From Amphiscolops sp. MND2022 (Eukaryota): a stretch of DNA of 64,000 nt. Of this stretch, positions 60,171 to 64,000 are shown piece by piece. Position 1 is the first letter of the stretch. Every line of letters begins with the position of its first letter. A program made the position numbers and the translations under genes. Under the pieces are notes generated by a model. That model searched no databases. It saw only the letters and a list, made by a program, of their open reading frames with translations, and was not told where the DNA came from. The DNA is taken from NCBI GenBank assembly GCA_964187785.1, contig OZ076409.1, forward strand, positions 4,838,001 through 4,902,000, written 5' to 3'.

Positions 60171-60478
60171 ATGAACGCCGTAGATCTTTGCTTTAATGTA
60201 ACAAAAATAGGTACTCTAGACAGTAATGTATAACCATGAGTAGTTAATTAAGTACAAGTCCTGCTTCTGGTTCAAAATATTTCCAGAAATTTAGTCGTCA
60301 GAAATTTAGTCGTCGGTAGTTACGTTCTGTAAAGCGCTGTCGCAATTTAGTGTATTAGGAATCGTCTTTTATTATTGGGTCTAATTATCTTAATTATTAT
60401 AGTGCAATAATTATTATCGTTGACTATTTTTTTGGTGTCAAAGTCGATCTTGTTCTTAAAATCTTAATTTAATAAATA

Positions 60479-60937
60479 AACAAGACGGGAACGTCTAAAG
60501 TCGGCGCTATATATAAGGCTCAAAAAGCGCAAAAGACTTTTTTTGGAAAAGGGGGGACCCGAAAAATGTAAAAGAGGGGACCCTTTGGGCTTTATTAACA
60601 TATATTCTGTTGCAAAATTTCAAAAAACTCGAAAGGGGACATTAAACAATGGTCGAAAAAAAGTCGCACAGTGCCGAAAAAAATTCAAAGGGGGACCCTT
60701 TAGGCACGTCCGGTTTTGTAGGTTACGTTAAAAAAGTTAAAAAAAATGAAAAGGGGACCCTTTTGCCCCAATTTCCGCTGACCGGACTTGGCCTTATGGT
60801 AGTAGTTTTAGTAGTTTCGATTGTAAGAAAAGTGGCCCAATCAGAGTGAGATTGTAGTCTGACGAAAAAAAAAGAAAAATAAATTTAGCCACCGTAAGAG
60901 TCGTGCATTTCTTTTTTCAAAAAAGCTGACTAAAAAA
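60479..60937 (-). mobile_element. HINE-like element
   Basis: Same termini and aaagggggaccc repeats; further partial copies near 2204, 9386, 11080, 13716, 15640, 16947. Confidence 0.75.
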
Positions 60938-61069
60938 GTGAATAAGTAAAATGGCATTTTTTCATGGACGCTGTGAATTCTAATCAATACGACGAAATTT
61001 CTGGCGACAAAATTTCCTCCCTCCAGTTCAAAGTATGTCTTCTAATTCCCTCCACTTCAAGATTCTAAC

Positions 61070-61201
61070 CGATTTTTCTCCTGCTGGGCTGTTTCCAGAG
61101 CCATGCACATGTAAGAGAGCAGTCTGGTTGCGTCATCGTTCAAGTTCATGTTCGAGATGACATCTTTCAGCTGCACTATGTCCAAGCCCCCTGTACTGAC
61201 C
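61070..61201 (-). CDS. Host gene exon: region preceding the coiled coil (not in the ORF track)
   Basis: Acceptor tttttttctggacAG, donor CG|GTTAGA; phase 2/2; VSTGGLDIVQLKDVISNMNLNDDATRLLSYMCMALETAQQEKN(R) joins in frame to FEEKLR. Confidence 0.8.
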
Positions 61202-62709
61202 CTGTCCAGAAAAAAAATGAGAAAAAATTTTAGTCTTAATCTGATGAAGATTTTTCAGTATTATCAGAAAACAACCCATAAAGCAGAGTTTAATAATGAA
61301 TGTATGAAATGGATAGTAGAATGAATCTCAATTTTGACAACATCCAAATTCTGAAAAAAATGATTGTTTCGGTTTTGAGTGTTATTCTAGAGCACAAAAA
61401 TGCTTGCTTACAAATGCCTCAACAAAAACTTTGTGAATTTTGAGCTTGTTCAAGTTCAAAAACAGATAATTAAAGAATTGTGAATTGTTTTCGTTTTTCC
61501 AATTTTCCATTTCACACAGGCAATTCTGGGCAGTTTTGTGCTGCATAGCACCCACTTTGATTTAACTTACTTCTGTCTAGTTTCTCTATGTTGTTCACGC
61601 AAGAATTGAAGGACAAAACTTGTTGTTGAACGTTAAGATTGATATCAAACAAGACGCCCGCTAAGCACCGGGATATTTTCCGCCCTGTTCGCCTTCACAA
61701 ACTGAGCCATGGCTATTTTGGGAGGGGGGGAGATAGGATCTAAAGAATAAGATCTAAAATTTAGTGATTTTAAATCTTATTCCTTTTAGATCTTATTCCC
61801 TTTTTTTGACTTTAGATATTATTCCCGCTGTATGCTATTTTAGTTACTTGACTATTTTAGTTACTAGTAGCTATATAAAATTGTCAAGTAATCAAAAGGT
61901 GGAGATTGTGGAGATTTGTCAAAATTTGGAAAAAAATGCGTCACAGATCATGATTTTCCTCCCCCATTTATAAAATGTGGGGTCGGAAAATAACAACTTT
62001 TCCAATTGTCTGATATTGATAAAATATAGTCATACAGTGAAATATTTGCCAATGACACTATATTGAAATACTTTGACCGAATTGATTCAAGTAAACTGTT
62101 TTGAATTATTGTATACGAGTTGAATGAAACATTTTGCGGACCCGAATGTTTCCACACTTTCACACTAATAAAACTGTAATTATGGAACAATATTTTTACA
62201 GGAAAAACCTAATTTTTTTCAAGTTTTCAGAAACCACTGGTGAGCAAAATTTAAGAAGAAACAAAAATTCCGCGATGATGATTGTCAGTGATTGCAGAAC
62301 CACCCAAATAAATGTTTGCTCAATTTCAAGTGAGACATTCAACCTTGCATGTATTAGTACTTACACCGGCGAGGGCGCATTTCTTTGAAAAATGAAAAAA
62401 ATTGGTAAGTACTCGAGTGATAATAAATGACCTTTAGTACCAGTTTTGGATCTTTTTTGTTAATCCCCCCCCCACCAATTTAATTCCCCCCAATTAAGCG
62501 GTCAAGTGAAATTATCATTGAATTAATAGTAACAACCAATCAAATTGCAGTATTTCATAGCTCTAACTGCAACTGAAACTCATCGCTGATAGTGGTTGGG
62601 GAAGTAAAACTTCCGCGCATACTGTGGGGGGATTAACGGAAAAGATCCCCAGTTTCTATCTTGTAGTGATTATATTGACTAATCAAAGAAAGAACGACAA
62701 TAGTCAGAA

Positions 62710-63457
62710 CCCGGGTTGACCCTCTTACTAGAATCTCGGCTGTCTTAGCAAGATCTGCCAAATTTTTACTACATCTTGGCAACCATGGATCCCATGGCAA
62801 GATTCTTATTAAGATCTTACTAAGATAGTACTTATTCCAAGATCATATCTTATCACGGTGGACAAAGTTTATTAAAAAACACTATACTTTCGGTACAAGC
62901 ACCCGAGACTCAATCTAAAGGCTCATTTCACCCAACAACGACTGTTTCTACCCGTTTCCATAATCAAAATGCTTAAACCTGCTGGAAAAAAATTTGCATG
63001 CAAAAATGCGTGAAAAATTACGATAACGTATTCTGGCTTCCGAAATTTTGACCGGAATCCCAATACCTGCTCACCTTTTTAAGACTGAGAAATGCGAATG
63101 TACCAAATGAAAGGTCATTTCAAGGGTTTTCCAAAACTTGTAATGTATCACACCTGTCGATTCCAAACACGGGGAACAATGCTCTTAAACGTCCAGAGCC
63201 ACTATCGGAAAGTTACACAGGGAATTATTGGAAATCAAGAAAAATTTTGTATTTTCTAATCTTCGGCTTTTTTGAGCCTGTTTCAGCAGTCCTATTACTG
63301 TTGGAAACGGTGGTCATTACCCCGTTTTGGGTATTGATTCAGGTCGAGGCTTTTCTAACGCCGCTATTGGCGACGGCTTTGCTATTGATAGAACAATTTA
63401 ATCTGAGCCTCCTTAAATATACAGCATAAGCACTCTTCAATCAAATTTTATACCTTG
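62710..63457. mobile_element. MITE family copy, interrupted at 63457
   Basis: Starts cccgggttgaccctc; aligns to about 6533-7271 up to taccttg, then homology stops abruptly. Confidence 0.7.
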
Positions 63458-64000
63458 TGTCAGAATGGATTGGAGATCTATTTTGCGACGTATTACTGCC
63501 ATTCTCTTCTCGATTACTCGAGGAAATTTTATCCGATAGGGTTCGCATTAGCGAGGTTAATTCTCCAATCTGTCAGTTCATTTCATTGAACCTGCGTTCA
63601 ATTCGTACTTTTTCATGATATCTGAAGTTGGTTGTGGCGATAACATTATTCTCTGACTCGAAGGTGCGAGTACTAACTTCTGGCAAACTAATATCGCTAG
63701 AATTGGCGTCATTATCGCTCATTTCGTCTTCTCTATTCTGGTTATTTTACGAAGGTTGAGCTCTGGTATTTACCATTTTGAGAGAATTATTCAGTTTTTT
63801 TTAAAGAATTGAATTGAGTGGAAGGAAGTCTATTCTATTGAGATAGTGTTGTATTTAGTTGGCTGTAGAAAATGAAAGCAGAATCGGGTAATGTAACGAC
63901 TGCACTTGTGATATTCCAAATCTCACTGAAGTTGGTTAGTACTTTTTTCAAGTACTCAATTATCATTTAAGAGTCGTTTAAATGTGGCTTTTAATTGGTT
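63458..64000. mobile_element. Probable edge (LTR) of another retroelement with a decayed minus-strand ORF
   Basis: Begins TGTCAGAA exactly where MITE homology breaks; minus frame from ATG 63776 reads MVNTRAQ...IERRFNEMN*QIGELTSLMRTL with 2 stops. Confidence 0.5.

Overview
AT-rich, repeat-dense animal (invertebrate-like) genomic DNA; the species cannot be determined from the sequence. A minus-strand host gene runs through the whole window. Seven phase-compatible GT-AG exons encode a coiled-coil region and the start of a C-terminal Rab GTPase domain, i.e. a large Rab of the CRACR2A/RASEF/Rab44 type. Two consecutive ~21-22 kb introns each hold a complete virus-like element. (1) A 13.7-kb Polinton/Maverick (adintovirus-like) element at 22458-36151 has 275-bp TIRs starting AGTAGT and a 6-bp TSD (GCAGTT). 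It carries protease, minor and major capsid, two packaging-type ATPases, integrase and a disrupted protein-primed PolB, and most of its ORFs start in a TAAATG motif. (2) An unusually large 18.1-kb Ty3/Gypsy-type LTR element at 40045-58181 has 412-bp LTRs differing at 2 sites and a GATG TSD. It carries a membrane-segment-led Gag-Pol, a Ser/Thr/Pro-rich frame with PSAP and LYPPL motifs, a 915-codon class III (gB/chuvirus-like) envelope ORF and three further ORFs, and it lacks a canonical polypurine tract. It is nested inside a small DNA transposon. The rest is non-autonomous repeats: Helentron/DINE-1-like elements, CCC-ended MITEs, foldbacks, a tRNA-derived SINE and tandem repeats. All protein family calls come from motif recognition by eye; no database search was run.
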